Assembly: GCA_051294905.1 (NCBI GenBank)
Contig: CM119371.1
Span: forward strand, 31,930,001 to 31,994,000
Source of the DNA: Botryllus schlosseri
Taxonomy: Eukaryota
Direction of reading: 5' to 3'
DNA length: 64,000 nt
In this document: positions 35,531-48,152 of the stretch, piece after piece
Numbering within the stretch: position 1 is the first letter of the stretch
Layout of the letters: every line of letters starts with the position of its first letter
The notes under the pieces: generated by a model
Database searches by the model: none
The model's input: only the letters and a program-made list of their open reading frames with translations
What the model was told of the DNA's origin: nothing
Made by a program: the position numbers and the translations under genes

Positions 35531-37679
35531 CGTGCGATGGGGGTGTTGGCTACTGCTGTATACTTATAATGGGGTAGTATCGGTAGCAAGTATAGAAACC
35601 CATTTTACACTCTGCTCAATATCAAGCAATAGCAATACTCAGACGCCGAATACATTCCCGGTCTGGCCTAGACCGTTAGGAGTAAGCTTATATTCCTTGC
35701 AAGTCGACGTCAAAATTGTTGGCTAAGCGACGGAAGATATTGATTTTAGGGGATTACTATATCATTTGATTGCCCCAGTTGATTCATTTGGCGACGTTAA
35801 AAACGTCAATATGTAGTGCAGCTTTGTGACTTGCTTTCATCCGAGTGAATCATCTGGTCAGTAGAAGTGATATCCATACATATCGCGGCACGCTGTGGGA
35901 ACTCTGGCTGGACTCTTTTGTTAGAGAACAATCCAAACCGAGCATTGATTATAATGATTTGAGCCGTCTTTTAGAGACGATTTTTTCGAGTTTTGACATT
36001 CCTCTCCATCGTTTAAGCCTTGCAACGTTGACCAGTCGTATTACAGCATCCAAAATATCTAGCACTATGGTATGCAAGCTAGTAGAAAGAAAATTTCTTT
36101 GAAGTAGTGATCAAAGTACACCATTGTCTAAAAGCGCAATAAAATTGGTATAAGAAAATACCAATTTCTCGCCAGGAAGGGTATAGAATGTTCAATTCGT
36201 TATGTGGTCGCATTAAAGTACACATTTTAACTTTCCAAATATCCATACTGTTGGAGGATACTGCTTATATATAGACTGCTATACATGGAAATGCAGTATG
36301 AAACCCTGATCTTCCTTTGAATTATAGTATGTCCTGTATTTACAACTGTCGAACTGCAATGATACTGTCATACATCGCGATGGCTTTTTACATCGTGCAA
36401 CAATGAAGATCATGGATCTATCAAATATGCCGGACCTGCAGTGTGGAACAGTATCTCGCCGGCTATCTGACAGTCATCGGGCACATGTGCACACTGCACA
36501 CTCAAGTCGAAATACAAACTATTTCTAATGAATCAATACTAGGTAGTTAGCCCTCTAGTTCATCGGACCTTTTTGTCGATCTTGCCTCCGAAACATATCA
36601 TCTCTTTTTGTCACCTGCCCTTTTATGTTATCATCATTCAGTTTTCATCCAGTGTGCATGCCTCCTTTTTACATCGCCTTGCCCAGGTGGGTGTCTGATT
36701 TTGAAGACGTTTTCACACCTTCCTCTCATATCGATCCCGCCTTCCGACACATATCATCTCTTTTTGTAACCTGTCCTTTCATGTCATCATATTTTACTTT
36801 TCATCCAGTGTTTATGCCTCCTTTTTTGCATCCCCTTGGCCATTTGTCTATTATTTCTTCAGTTATTTTCAACCGCCAATCCGCGGAACGGCCTGGTCCA
36901 TAGCAAGTGATCGACACGTAATACTGCCACAAAGCGCTAGAAAATAGGTAGAGTCCTGAAATAAACAATATTGTGGATGGCATTTTACTGGCATCAATTT
37001 CCTTGCGGTCGCAAAATGATCAATATTGACACGTTTCAATTCATTGTTACCGTTGGGATGCCATGCCCAGGTGGTAAGAGAATATTGGACTCGAGTCTTA
37101 ATACTTGTCTGTAAATCCAATAGCTGAGGCATGAGATATTGACCAGCCCTAGTCGCCACGACAATGTGAGTGAGGCTGCATAGACCAGTATCTATTTAGT
37201 ATTTGCTGCTCAAATTTTATCCTAAATATGTACAATGGACATGATGCTTGTGTACTCTGTGATAACGCCAGAAAAGAATTTAACAATTAAGACCCAGTAA
37301 AGAGAGAGAGAGATTTTTATTTCGTCAACCGATGGCGGCAAAATGAAAGTATAAATATGCAACAGACAAACAGTGCTTCGGTATCGGTATTGACTGGTAC
37401 CGGTGATATGATCATAAAGATCTTCGAGACCCAGTAAATATTTGAGAGCTGTGTTTCAGACTGGGGCATCATTGTATATATGTGATGAAATAGGTTTAAA
37501 AATAACAATTTCCCGATATCTGGTATCTTCTGGCAATATTCGTAAAAATTAGTTCAAATTGAAGGGAAACACAACGTTCTGCTCTCTTTGGTATGTATTG
37601 AGCGAACCTTGAACTTTCAGAAATTTGTGTTTGGAAACCAACGTTGAAATGTTCTAGGCCTACTCTACATTGTACAGTA

Positions 37680-38501
37680 CTGTAATTTTCCATCTATGAT
37701 GCGCAAAATTTTAATGATTTTTTGTCCTAAAATAGGTGGGTGCAGCATGGGTACAGCAAGTTTTGAAAAAAATCTCCCTCGATCCAAAACTCGAAATCAC
37801 ACCTTTCTTCATGTTTGTTCCCAATTGCACATCACCTCTGGCCATCGTACCAGTAATTCGTATTATAGAGTGTAACGCACTTCCAAATAGAGAAGCGTGT
37901 TGCCAATTAACGGAAAGCGTGTTGCCAATTAATGAGAGCGTCTGCACAGCACGCGATCTCTCGCTGAGTTAGTTTGCCGTTTGTACGCGAGCCAAATTAG
38001 GTCGCTGATTGTGATTGCTACAAGCGTTCGCGACAATCCTTGCTAATTCATCGCGTCTTTGACAGGTCTTAACAATCGCATACACAAGAGGCCATGTGCG
38101 CTAGTTATAATCACTTGCGTAATCAGTGGAATCTCCAACTTGACTGGTGCGCTCGACATAGCCGTTGACATGAGCAATCGCATCTGTAATTGTAATAGGC
38201 CTGGTGCGCAAGATGTCGCGTATCGCTAGCCTGAACTATCCCGTCGCAGGCTTTGGCTACTATCTACTCTCGTTTAAAGACAATGGCGGTAATTGTATTA
38301 TGATTAACGATGGTTATGTCATGATTGTTCGACAGTGACATCGCAAAACAGAACAACATCGTGTACTAAAACACAACCATTCATGTACTGAAATGCAGGG
38401 TGCGTACTATACATGGGTACAGGATTTTTTTCCCAGAATTTACACGCCATTTTAAGGGTGCGTATTATACATGGGGGCGCACTACATTCGGAAAATTACG
38501 G
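37680..38501. mobile_element. Tc2-like MITE
   Basis: TA|ctgtaattttcc ... ggaaaattacgg|TA; empty site in unit B near 43435. Confidence 0.9.
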
Positions 38502-39054
38502 TACATGTACATTCCTCTCTGATAGTACATTTTTTCATCAATCCTAATATCTAACTTTCGACACTCTGCGTATTGACTACTTGAACAATTTTACAGAAAA
38601 AATCTAGGCCTACTTACTTACTTTTCTTGTGATTGATTTTGTCAAGAAGAAAGTATTATTTAAATAGGTTCGCATCCATATCATGATTAAACTTTCGCAA
38701 CGACAATACCATGTAGACTTGCATGATCAGAACATATGATTTTTTGAATATTGCACCAATTTTCGTTGCCAGTATTATTCTGCTCTGGGCGCGAAAATGT
38801 ATTTATCGTTCAGACTGCTTGCTGCTGTCCTTCTGATACCATTATTTTTTGCTTCTACTGCGAGTACTTTTATCATGGTTTAAAAATCAATGCCTCCACT
38901 GGTTAGTGCGTTGAGTTCAAAAATTTTATATACATTTGAATACCATCAATCACCCCTTGACAACTTTCTGGTTTAAGATGTGTTTAGTAGTGAACTTCTG
39001 CAGTTCTAAAATCTACTTCTCTTGCTCTAATTGTTTGAAATCTTTTGTTTGCAG

Positions 39055-39430
39055 CAATAATCCATAATATTCTAGATATTCAAGTTGCGACTGCTGCATT
39101 GAATCACGTGAATCACGTCACAGCTACAACTTCTTCCTACCGAGTCGGAAGTGACGGAGCTACTTGGCAACCTCGTGATGTCTCCAGTGTAAATATTTGT
39201 GAGGTCTGCGGAAAAGGATTCAGCAGCCAATCAAACATGGGACTCCACATGAAATGCCACACTGGAGTGACAGACTTTGAGTATGAAATATGTGGGAAAC
39301 CCTTCATTAACAAATGCTATATGAGAAGACACATGACAATTCACACAGGATTGAAAGAGTTTGAGTGTGAAATATGTGGGAAAAGGTTTTATCAAAAGTC
39401 TCATTTGATAATGCGTTTTACATTACACAA
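39055..39430 (+). pseudogene. Z10: truncated 3-finger ZF relic
   Basis: Acceptor tttgcag ends 39054; leader Met lost; finger 2 has Tyr for Cys; array stops in finger 3. Confidence 0.8.
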
Positions 39431-40570
39431 TCACGATTTTGAAATGTGTTTGACGTCGGTAACATCTTTGGAATGCTATGGTACCAATTGCCATTGACAA
39501 CACGCTACTTAAGACAGATTCAAGTGTAAGCATGATTCGTGCTCCCATAGGGAAGATGTATTTTCTTTCAAATTCACAGTGGGATTATGAGATGTTTTCA
39601 AAATTAAGCGTTGGCTTATGGGTATTTATCATTCACTTTGGTGGATTAGGTATGTATTTCATCACGGCGTAGCGCTGCATTTTGTACGTAATTTTTAGTC
39701 TTTGTTATCAAAGCCAGAGGTGCCAAGTTCCGGGGTGGCGGCCATCCCATACAAAATGTGCAATTGGTCACGAACGGGCGTACCGGTAATCGATAAGCGC
39801 TAATATTAAAACATCAGAAGAAGTGTGTTGGGGCCGAGTTATAAAAAGATGGGACAGGCCTTGATCACCACAAATTGGTTCTATTACAGAACAGATTCCA
39901 CAACACACTTCATCATATTGATTTGTGAAATAATTCATCGTGACCGAGGTTGCGTATCTAATTGTTCGAGTTCGTGTTGTTGAATAGTTGATATTGAAAT
40001 GATTATGAGGAATCGCTAATTGACGGCACCCGCTGGGGAGCTTACGCGTATACGTATAACTTCGCATTAATATGATTATCGGCATTCACACATGTACTCA
40101 AACTCAACCCTAATAAATTAATGCTACCATGGTTAATTTGAACCTTCTCTTTTTTTCGGCTTGCCACCCCATGTAAAAATAAAAGTCGTCGTCTATGAGA
40201 GCAAGCATATACTTATACTTTGTAAATTTCATCCAATGAGAAGTAGCGTTCAAATAGTTTAGCATCTCAGTCGTCATCAAAATTCATGACATGCACATTC
40301 GGTATCATCTCTTCAGATCATTATTTCGAAAATTAGCCCATTATTCTTTCATCTCTGGCCGCTAAGATACAATTATTGTTCAGACCGCTTTGTTGAGTGC
40401 TACATATTCCGTAATTTGTCTGCTATTTTGACATCTCATTGAGTAGAAATTCGTGGTATTGGCTTCACTTTGACTTGAATACCACCATGGACTTCATTTT
40501 CGCTTCTGGGTCTATTGTGTAATAAATTATGATCTTTAGTGCTCTGAAAATGGTTTTGATGCTGTAATCA

Positions 40571-40770
40571 TAGGGTACCATATGTCTTTTTAAAGAGGAT
40601 TCGCCCTATTTTTTGAAAGTATCCTCCAAGGACGCCCGAACGTCCTCCTTATTGAGAATTTTGGTTAAATATATGGTAAAATTCGACTTAGATACAGTAA
40701 ATCAGCACTGAAGTAGTAACGCTTCTGCGGCTACTTCGGGACCTGAGCTGGAACGTTGACTTTTTTTTAG
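40571..40770 (+). mobile_element. TAGGGT-terminated hAT (Blackjack-like) end fragment just upstream of Z11
   Basis: tagggtaccatatgtctttttaaagaggat; family also at 45555, 27490 and 60930-61078. Confidence 0.6.
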
Positions 40771-40832
40771 CCAACCAACAGAGAAAATTTCTGCACACAG
40801 CATTAAAGGATATTATTCGCGATAATATAATC

Positions 40833-41855
40833 ATGGCTGCTGTATTGACTCGCATGAACGTCGCAGCGGGAAAGTCTTCATGCCAAGTCGGAAATGACGG
40901 AGACCATTCGCAACGTCGTGATGTTTCTTATGAAAATATTTGTGAGGTCTGCGGAAAAGGATTCAGCAGCAAGTCTTACATGGGACTCCATATGAGAATT
41001 CACACTGGTGTTAAAGAGTTCGAGTGCGAAATATGTGGCAAAAGGTTTTTGCAAAGTTCCCACCTAATTGGCCATTCTTTATTACACACGGGAACGAAAG
41101 ACTATAAATGTGATGTTTGCGGGAAGTCCTTCAGCTATAAATCCAACATGAACAAGCACATGAAATATCACGTCGGATTTAAAGAGTTTGAGTGCAATAT
41201 ATGTGCAAAACCATTCATCAACAAACATGACATGGAAAGTCACATGAAAATTCACGCCACGTTGAAAGAATTTAAATGTGACATCTGCGCTAGAAGATTT
41301 CTGAGAAGGTCCGAGCTACAATATCATTTTTCTACGCACATAGGAATCAAAGATTATATGTGTGATGCATGCGGGAAAACGTTCAACAGAAAATCTAAAC
41401 TGAGAGTTCACATTAAATTCCATGAGGGAGTGAAAGAGTTTGGGTGTTCTATATGCGGTAAAGGTTTTGTAGCGAAAAGTAATTTGGAAAGACATTGTTT
41501 GACTCATACCGGAGCGAAATATTACAACTGTTATATATGTGGGAAAGGCTTCAGACAAAAGGGTCAATTGAAAGCACATTATTCGATTCACAGCGACGAG
41601 AAAGAACACAAGTGCGACATTTGCGGTAAAGCATTTTGTCACAGGTCGTCCATTAAAGTACATGTGAAGATGGTTCACAGAGATACGAAAGAGTTTGAGT
41701 GCGATATATGTGGGAAAGGTTTTGTGCGAAAGCAAGGGTTGAAAATTCATTATGCCATCCATATGGGAATGAAATACCAGTGTAAAGTATGTAGGAAATC
41801 TTTCACTGCCAAATCCAACTTGGGAAGACACAACATGATCCACACGAAAGTATGA
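40833..41855 (+). CDS. Z11: intact C2H2 zinc-finger protein, 11 fingers
   Basis: ATG 40833, 340-aa ORF; candidate acceptor ctgcacacag ends 40800. Confidence 0.9.
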   Translation: MAAVLTRMNVAAGKSSCQVGNDGDHSQRRDVSYENICEVCGKGFSSKSYMGLHMRIHTGVKEFECEICGKRFLQSSHLIGHSLLHTGTKDYKCDVCGKSFSYKSNMNKHMKYHVGFKEFECNICAKPFINKHDMESHMKIHATLKEFKCDICARRFLRRSELQYHFSTHIGIKDYMCDACGKTFNRKSKLRVHIKFHEGVKEFGCSICGKGFVAKSNLERHCLTHTGAKYYNCYICGKGFRQKGQLKAHYSIHSDEKEHKCDICGKAFCHRSSIKVHVKMVHRDTKEFECDICGKGFVRKQGLKIHYAIHMGMKYQCKVCRKSFTAKSNLGRHNMIHTKV

Positions 41856-44017
41856 GTGTGATATATGTGGAACTGTGTCGTTGAAAAGCCTTTTCCATGG
41901 TGCATTAATTTTGCACTTCATGGAATTGACGGGCAATTAAGATTCGACAGTTTATGGAACGATTCAGTCAAGACCGATCTTTGCATTATAGCTGTCATAA
42001 ATTTAGTGTCGTTTATCTGAGTGAACGTTCTGGTCAGTAGAAATGATATCCGTACATATCACATTGTGGGAACTCGGGCTGGACTCTATCGTTTGAGAAC
42101 AATCCGAATCGAGCATCGAGCATAATGACTCTTTGAAGTAGTGTTCAAAGCACAGCATTGCCTCAAATGGCAATGAGATTTGCATTAAAAAATATTGAGG
42201 ATGCTGCTTAAGCTTTTATACATTGAAATGCAGTATGAAACCACGATCTTATTTTGAATTATAGTATGCCCTGTATTTACAACTGTCGACCTACAATGAT
42301 ACTGCCATACATTGTGATGGTTTTTTTTTTATCATGCAATAAAAAGAGTATCGCTCGATCAATTATGCCGGACCTGCAGTTCGGAACAGTATCTCGCCGG
42401 CTATCCGGCAGTCATCGAGCACATGTTCACATTCAAGTCGAAATACAAATAATTTCTACTGAATCAATACTAGGTAGTTAGCTCTCTAGTTTATCGATCT
42501 CGCCTGCCGAAACATACCATCTCTTTTTGTCACCTGCCCTTTTATGTTATCATCTTTTAGTTTCAATCTAGTGTGCATGCCTCTTTTTTTACATCGCCTT
42601 GGCCAGGTGAGTGTCTGATTTCGAAGACATTTTAACACCTTCTTTTCATATCGATCTCCGCTTCCGACACATACCACCTCTTTTTGTAATCTGTTCTTTC
42701 ATGTCATCATCTTTTACTTTTCATCCAGTGTGCACTCCTCTTTTTTTTACATCGCGATGTTCATTTGTCTATTCTTTTAGTTCGGTTATTCTCAACCGCC
42801 GATCCGCAATACTGCCGCAAAGCACTAGAAAATAGGTCGGGTCCAGAAATGAACAAAATATTGTGGATGGCATTTACCTGGTATCAATTCCCTTGTGGTC
42901 GCAAAAAGATAGATATTTGAAATTTTCAATTCATTGTTACTGTTGTGATGCCATACCATACCCAGATGGTAAGAGAATATTAGACTCGAGTCTTAATACT
43001 TGTCTCTAAATCCAATAGCTGAGGCGTGACATATTGACCAGCCGTAGTCGCCACCGCAATGTGTGTAAGGCTGCATAGGCCAATATCTATTAGTGTTTAC
43101 TGCTCAAATTTTATCCTAAATATGTACAATGGAGATGATGCTTGTGTACTCTGTGATAACGTCAGAAAAGAATTTAACAATTAAGACCCAGTAAACATTT
43201 GAGAGCTGTGTTCCAGACAGGGGGCATCATTGCATATATGTGATGAAATAGGTTTAAAAATCTCGATTTCCCGATATCTGCTATGTTCTGGTAATACTCG
43301 TAAAAATCAGTTTAAATTCGAAAAAGGGAAACGCAACTTTCTGCTCTTTGGTTTGAATTATGCGAACCTTGATATTTTAGAGGTTTGTGTTTGGAAACCA
43401 ACCTTGGAATGTTCTAGGCCTACTCTAAATTGTACATGTACAATTGTACATTCCTCTTTAATAGCAGATTTTTTCATCAATCCTAACATCCTTGATCGAA
43501 CTTCCAATGAATTGTAACTTCCGACTCTCTGCGTGTTGACTACTTGAACAATTTTAGAGAAAAAACTAGGCCTACTTAACTTACTTTTCTTGTGATTGAT
43601 TTTGTCAAAAAGAAAGTAGTACTTAAATAGGTTCGCATCCAGATCATGATTAAACTTTCTCAACAACAATACCATGTAGACTGGCATGATCGGAACACAT
43701 GACTTTTTGAATATTGCACCAATTTTCGTTGCCAGTATTATTCTGCTCTGGGCGCGAAAATGTATTTATCGTTCAGACTGCTTACTGCTGTGCTTCTGAT
43801 ACTATTATTTTTTGCTTCTACTGCAAGTACTTTTATTATGCTTTAAAAATCAATGCCTCCACTGGTTAGTGCGGTGACTTCAAAAATTGTATTTGCATTT
43901 GAACACCATCAATCACCCCTTGACAACCTTCTGGTTTGGTATGTGTTTTGTAGTGAATTTCTGCTGCTCTAAAATCTCCTTTTCTTGCCCTAATTGTTTG
44001 AAATCTTTTGTTTGCAG

Positions 44018-44400
44018 CAATAATCCATAATATTCTAGATATTCAAGTTGCGACTGCTGCATTGAATCACGTGAATCACGTCACAGCTACAACTTCTTCC
44101 TACCGAGTTGGAAGTGACGGAGCTACTTCGCAACCTCGTGATGTCTCTAGTGTAAATATTTGTGAGGTCTGCGGAAAAGGATTCAGCAGCAAATCAAACA
44201 TGGGACTCCACATGAAATGCCACACTGGAGTCACAGACTTCGAGTGTGAAATATGTGGGAAACCCTTCATTAACAAATGCTAGGCTATATGAGAAGACAC
44301 ATGAAAATTCACGCAGGATTGAAAGAGTTTGAATGCGAAATATGTGGGAAAAGGTTTTATCAAAAAGTTTTTTTCAAAAGTCTAATTTGATGATACATTC
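44018..44400 (+). pseudogene. Z12: truncated ZF relic, duplicate of Z10
   Basis: Near-identical to 39055-39430, with a TAG at 44281-44283. Confidence 0.85.
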
Positions 44401-45554
44401 TACATTACACAATCACGATTTTTAAATGTGTTTGACGTCGGTAACATCTTTGGATTGCTATGGTACCAATAGCCATTGACAACACGCTACTTAAGACAGA
44501 TTCAAGTGTAAGCATGATTCGTGCTCCCATAGGGAAGATGTATTTTCTTTCAAATTCACATTGGGATTATGAGATGTTTTCAAAATTGAGCGTTGGCTTA
44601 TGGGTATTTATCATTCACTTTGATGGATTAGGTATGTATTTCATCACGACGTAGCGCTGCATTTTGTACGTAATTTTCAGTCTTTGTTATCAAAGCCAGA
44701 GGTGCCAAGTTCAGGGGTGGCGGCCATCCCATACAAAATGTGCAATTGGTCACGAACGGGCGTACCGGTAATCGATAAGCGCTAATATTAAAACATCAGA
44801 AGAAGTGTGTTGGGGCCGAGTTATAAAAAGATGGGACAGGCCTTGATCGATCACCTCAAATTGATTCTATTACAGAACAGATTCCACAACAGACTTCATC
44901 ATATTGATTTGTTGCATAATTCGTCGCGACCGAGGTTGCGTATTTAATTGTTCGAGTTCGTGTTGTTGAATTGATATTGAAATGATTATGAGGAATCGCT
45001 AATTGACGGCACCCGCTGGGGAGCTTACGCGTATACGTATAACTTCGCATTAATATGATTATCGGCATTTACACATGTACTTGAACTCAACCCTAATAAA
45101 TTAATGCTACCATGGTCAAGTTGAACCCTCTCTTTTTTTTGGCTAGCCACCCCATGTAAAAATAAAAGTCGGCGTCTATGAGAGAAACCACATACTTTTT
45201 ACTTTGTAAACTTCATCCAATGAGAATTAGCGTTGAAATAGATTAGCATCTCAGTCGTCAGCAAAATTCATGGCATGCAGATTCGGTATCATCTCTTCAG
45301 ATCATTATTTCGAAAATTACTTCATTATTTTTTCAACTCTGGACGCTAAGATACAATTGTTGTTCAAACCGCTCAGTTGAGTGCCTGTCAGGTCATAATT
45401 TGTCTCCTATTTTGACATCTCTTCGAGTAGAAATTCGTGGTATTGGCTACACTTTTACTTGAATAGCAACAATGACTTCATTGTCACTCCTCGGTATATT
45501 GTGTAATAAATAATGATCTTAAGTGCTCTGAAAATGGTTTTGATGCTGTAATCA

Positions 45555-45750
45555 TAGGGTACCATGCGTCCTCTTTTAAGAGGATTCGCCCTCTTTTTTG
45601 AAAGTATCCTCGAAGGACCCCAAACGTCCTCTTTTTTTGTGAATTTCGGTTATATATACGGTAAAATTCGACTGAGATACAGTAAATCAGCACTGAAGTA
45701 ACGCTTCGGCGGCTATTTCGGGACCTGAGCCGGATAGTTGACTTTTTTTT
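45555..45750 (+). mobile_element. Blackjack-like hAT end fragment upstream of Z13
   Basis: tagggtaccatgcgtcctcttttaagaggat at the same position as the 40571 copy. Confidence 0.6.
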
Positions 45751-45829
45751 AGTCAACCAACAGAGAATTCAACAAGAGTGTTAATTTCTGCACACAGCAT
45801 TATAGAATATTATTCGCGATATTAAAGTG

Positions 45830-46852
45830 ATGGCTGCTGTATTGAATCGTATGAACGTCGCAGCGGGAAAGTCATCATGCCAAGTCGGAAATGACGGAGA
45901 CTATTCGCAACGTCGTGACGTTTCTTATGAGCATATTTGTGAGGTCTGCGGAAAAGGATTCAGCAGCAAGTCTTATATGGGATGCCATATGAAAATTCAC
46001 ACTGGTGTAAAAGAGTTCGAATGTGAAATATGTGGCAAAAGGTTTTTGCTAAGTTCTCATCTAGTTGGTCATTCTTCATTACACACGGGAAAGAAAGACT
46101 ACAAATGTGAGGTTTGCGGGAAGAAATTCAGCAATAAATCCAACATGAACAAGCACATGAAATTTCACGTCGGATTTAAAGAGTTTGAGTGCGATATATG
46201 TGCAAGACCATTCATCGACAAACATGACATGAGAAATCACATGAAAATTCACGCTGAATTGAAAGAATATGAATGCCACATCTGCGCTAAAAGATTTCTG
46301 AGAAGGTCCGAGCTACAATATCATTCTTCCGCCCACGTAGGAATCAAAGATTATAAGTGTGATGTATGCGGGAAATCATTTAACGCAAAATCTGAACTGA
46401 GAATTCACATTAAATTTCATGATGGAGTGAGAGAGTTTGGGTGTTCTATATGCGGTAAAGGTTTTGTAACAAAAGGTAATTTGAAAAAACATTGTTTGAT
46501 TCATGCCGGAGCGAAATATTACAACTGTCATATATGTGGAAAATGTGTCAGACGAAAAGATCAACTAAAAAGACATTATTCGATTCACAGCGACGAGAAA
46601 GAACACAAGTGCGGCATTTGCGGTAAATCAGTCTGTCACAGGTCGCACATTGAAGTACTCGTGAAGATGGCTCAAATAGATACAAAAGAGTACCAGTGCG
46701 ATATATGCGGGAAAAATTTTGTGCGAAAGCGTGGATTAAAAATTCATTATGACATCCATATGGGAATTAAATACCAGTGTAAAGTATGTGGGAAATCTGT
46801 TGCTGACAAGTCCAACTTGAGAAGACACAACTTGATCCACACGAAAGTATGA
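45830..46852 (+). CDS. Z13: C2H2 zinc-finger protein, 10 intact fingers plus one that lost its His ligands
   Basis: ATG 45830; finger 9 reads CGICGKSVCHRSHIEVLVKMAQ versus CDICGKAFCHRSSIKVHVKMVH in Z11. Confidence 0.85.
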   Translation: MAAVLNRMNVAAGKSSCQVGNDGDYSQRRDVSYEHICEVCGKGFSSKSYMGCHMKIHTGVKEFECEICGKRFLLSSHLVGHSSLHTGKKDYKCEVCGKKFSNKSNMNKHMKFHVGFKEFECDICARPFIDKHDMRNHMKIHAELKEYECHICAKRFLRRSELQYHSSAHVGIKDYKCDVCGKSFNAKSELRIHIKFHDGVREFGCSICGKGFVTKGNLKKHCLIHAGAKYYNCHICGKCVRRKDQLKRHYSIHSDEKEHKCGICGKSVCHRSHIEVLVKMAQIDTKEYQCDICGKNFVRKRGLKIHYDIHMGIKYQCKVCGKSVADKSNLRRHNLIHTKV

Positions 46853-47029
46853 GTTTGATATATGTGGAAGTGCATCGTTGAAAAGCCTTCTCTATTGTGC
46901 ATAATTTTGCACTTCATGGATTGTCGGACAATCAAGATTTGACACTTCATTGAACGATTCAGTCAAGACTGATCTTTGCAGTATAGGCTAGGTTTCATAA
47001 ACTTAGTTGCTTTCATCCGGGTGAGCATT

Positions 47030-48152
47030 CTGGTTCTCAACCGGTGTGCCACGGCACATGAGTGTGCCATCTACGTCTCGCAAGGGTGCCACGAGAGATT
47101 TATTTGGAATTTCAAAATTATGTGCAAAATAGTTCTAGTCTGTAGCAAATGATCAATAATCAGAAACGGGCTCGATATGAAGTTTTTACATTTGACAAAT
47201 CAAAATTGCTGTCATCCACGCAATCGACATCCCCCGTTAATTCGCCATACACTAAATATCGCGTGCCTGGAAAGCTGAATTCAGTTTTGCACAGTTCGTT
47301 GATTGAACGCAGAGAAGAGCAGACATGGCGTCACCTGTATGACAATGCAGTTTTCAAATCCTCATTGTCCTCCTAATCACCAGCGAGATATGAACCGCTT
47401 TCGAATTAATGTTCGCGTTTAAAATTTGAATGACAAACAATAGACATCGACATTGCGATTGTCAAGTAACGCGCCAGCACTCCCGGTAAAATGTATAGGC
47501 GCAGAGCGCAACGTTATGTTACGGGCAACAAAGCTGATAAGTGTGAAGTAAACTTGATCACATCATCTCAGTTAACAAATTACCCCGCCTTCGAGGGGAA
47601 TATTCCGGCTTTTTTTAAACTATAATTGAACTGCTGGTGACTGCCCGTGCCAGTAGAACTATTGAGGCATTGCTATCCTCATGCGTGCTATACACGATCC
47701 GCGTGGAAATGTGTTTGGTATCCTCTGGATTCGTCTGTGACTCAATGGCTAATTACATCGACTAATTACATCAACAATGCGGTAGTAGTCGGAGTTTATT
47801 GTCGAACAAATTTTATGAAATAGTATACAAGAGCAGACCGAAGTTTCTACAAGATCGCATCAGACAAGTTATGTGGTAGCAGAGGTAATCGCAAAAAAAT
47901 CTAAACCTCGCATGGAAGCGCAGATAGTGTAATTTATTCTTCGAAGCAGAGCAAATCCGACTTTAGTGCTCCGAAAAGGTAGAAGTACTTCATCAGAGAG
48001 CACCTCTGTACGACTGTAGGTGCTGCTACTTATTCTGGTAGTTCTCAGGTGCCGTAAGCCCCAAAAAATTTCAGAACCTGTGTGCTAATGTGCCGCGAAC
48101 TATTTTTTATTTTCAAAGTGTGCCGCAAGGTCAAAAAGTGTGAGAGCCACTG
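47030..48152 (+). mobile_element. hAT (Charlie/ZBED5-like) deletion derivative with transposase remnant
   Basis: tggttctcaac start, gtgagagccactg end; 47840-47925 translates EVSTRSHQTSYVVAEVIAKKSKP, like the ASYxVAxxIAKxxKP motif. Confidence 0.6.

Larger units (their letters stand above)
35810..47030 (+). repeat. Tandem segmental duplication: unit A about 35810-42000, unit B about 42000-47030; more diverged pieces at 48160-53560
   Basis: Collinear matches 35845/42021/52071, 36420/42350/52575, 37100/42990/48670, 39045/44008/49350, 39500/44480, 40833/45830. Confidence 0.9.

Noticed and set aside
40270-40325. Minus-strand CTGAAGA-G(7)C-GAAT hammerhead-like motif (also about 45280)
   Set aside because: GAAA is broken and no stem I or III pairing is found.
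5891-45827. TTG/GTG starts given by the ORF track for ZF cassettes
   Set aside because: Bacterial-style start calls; boundaries here were set from splice acceptors and ATG codons.
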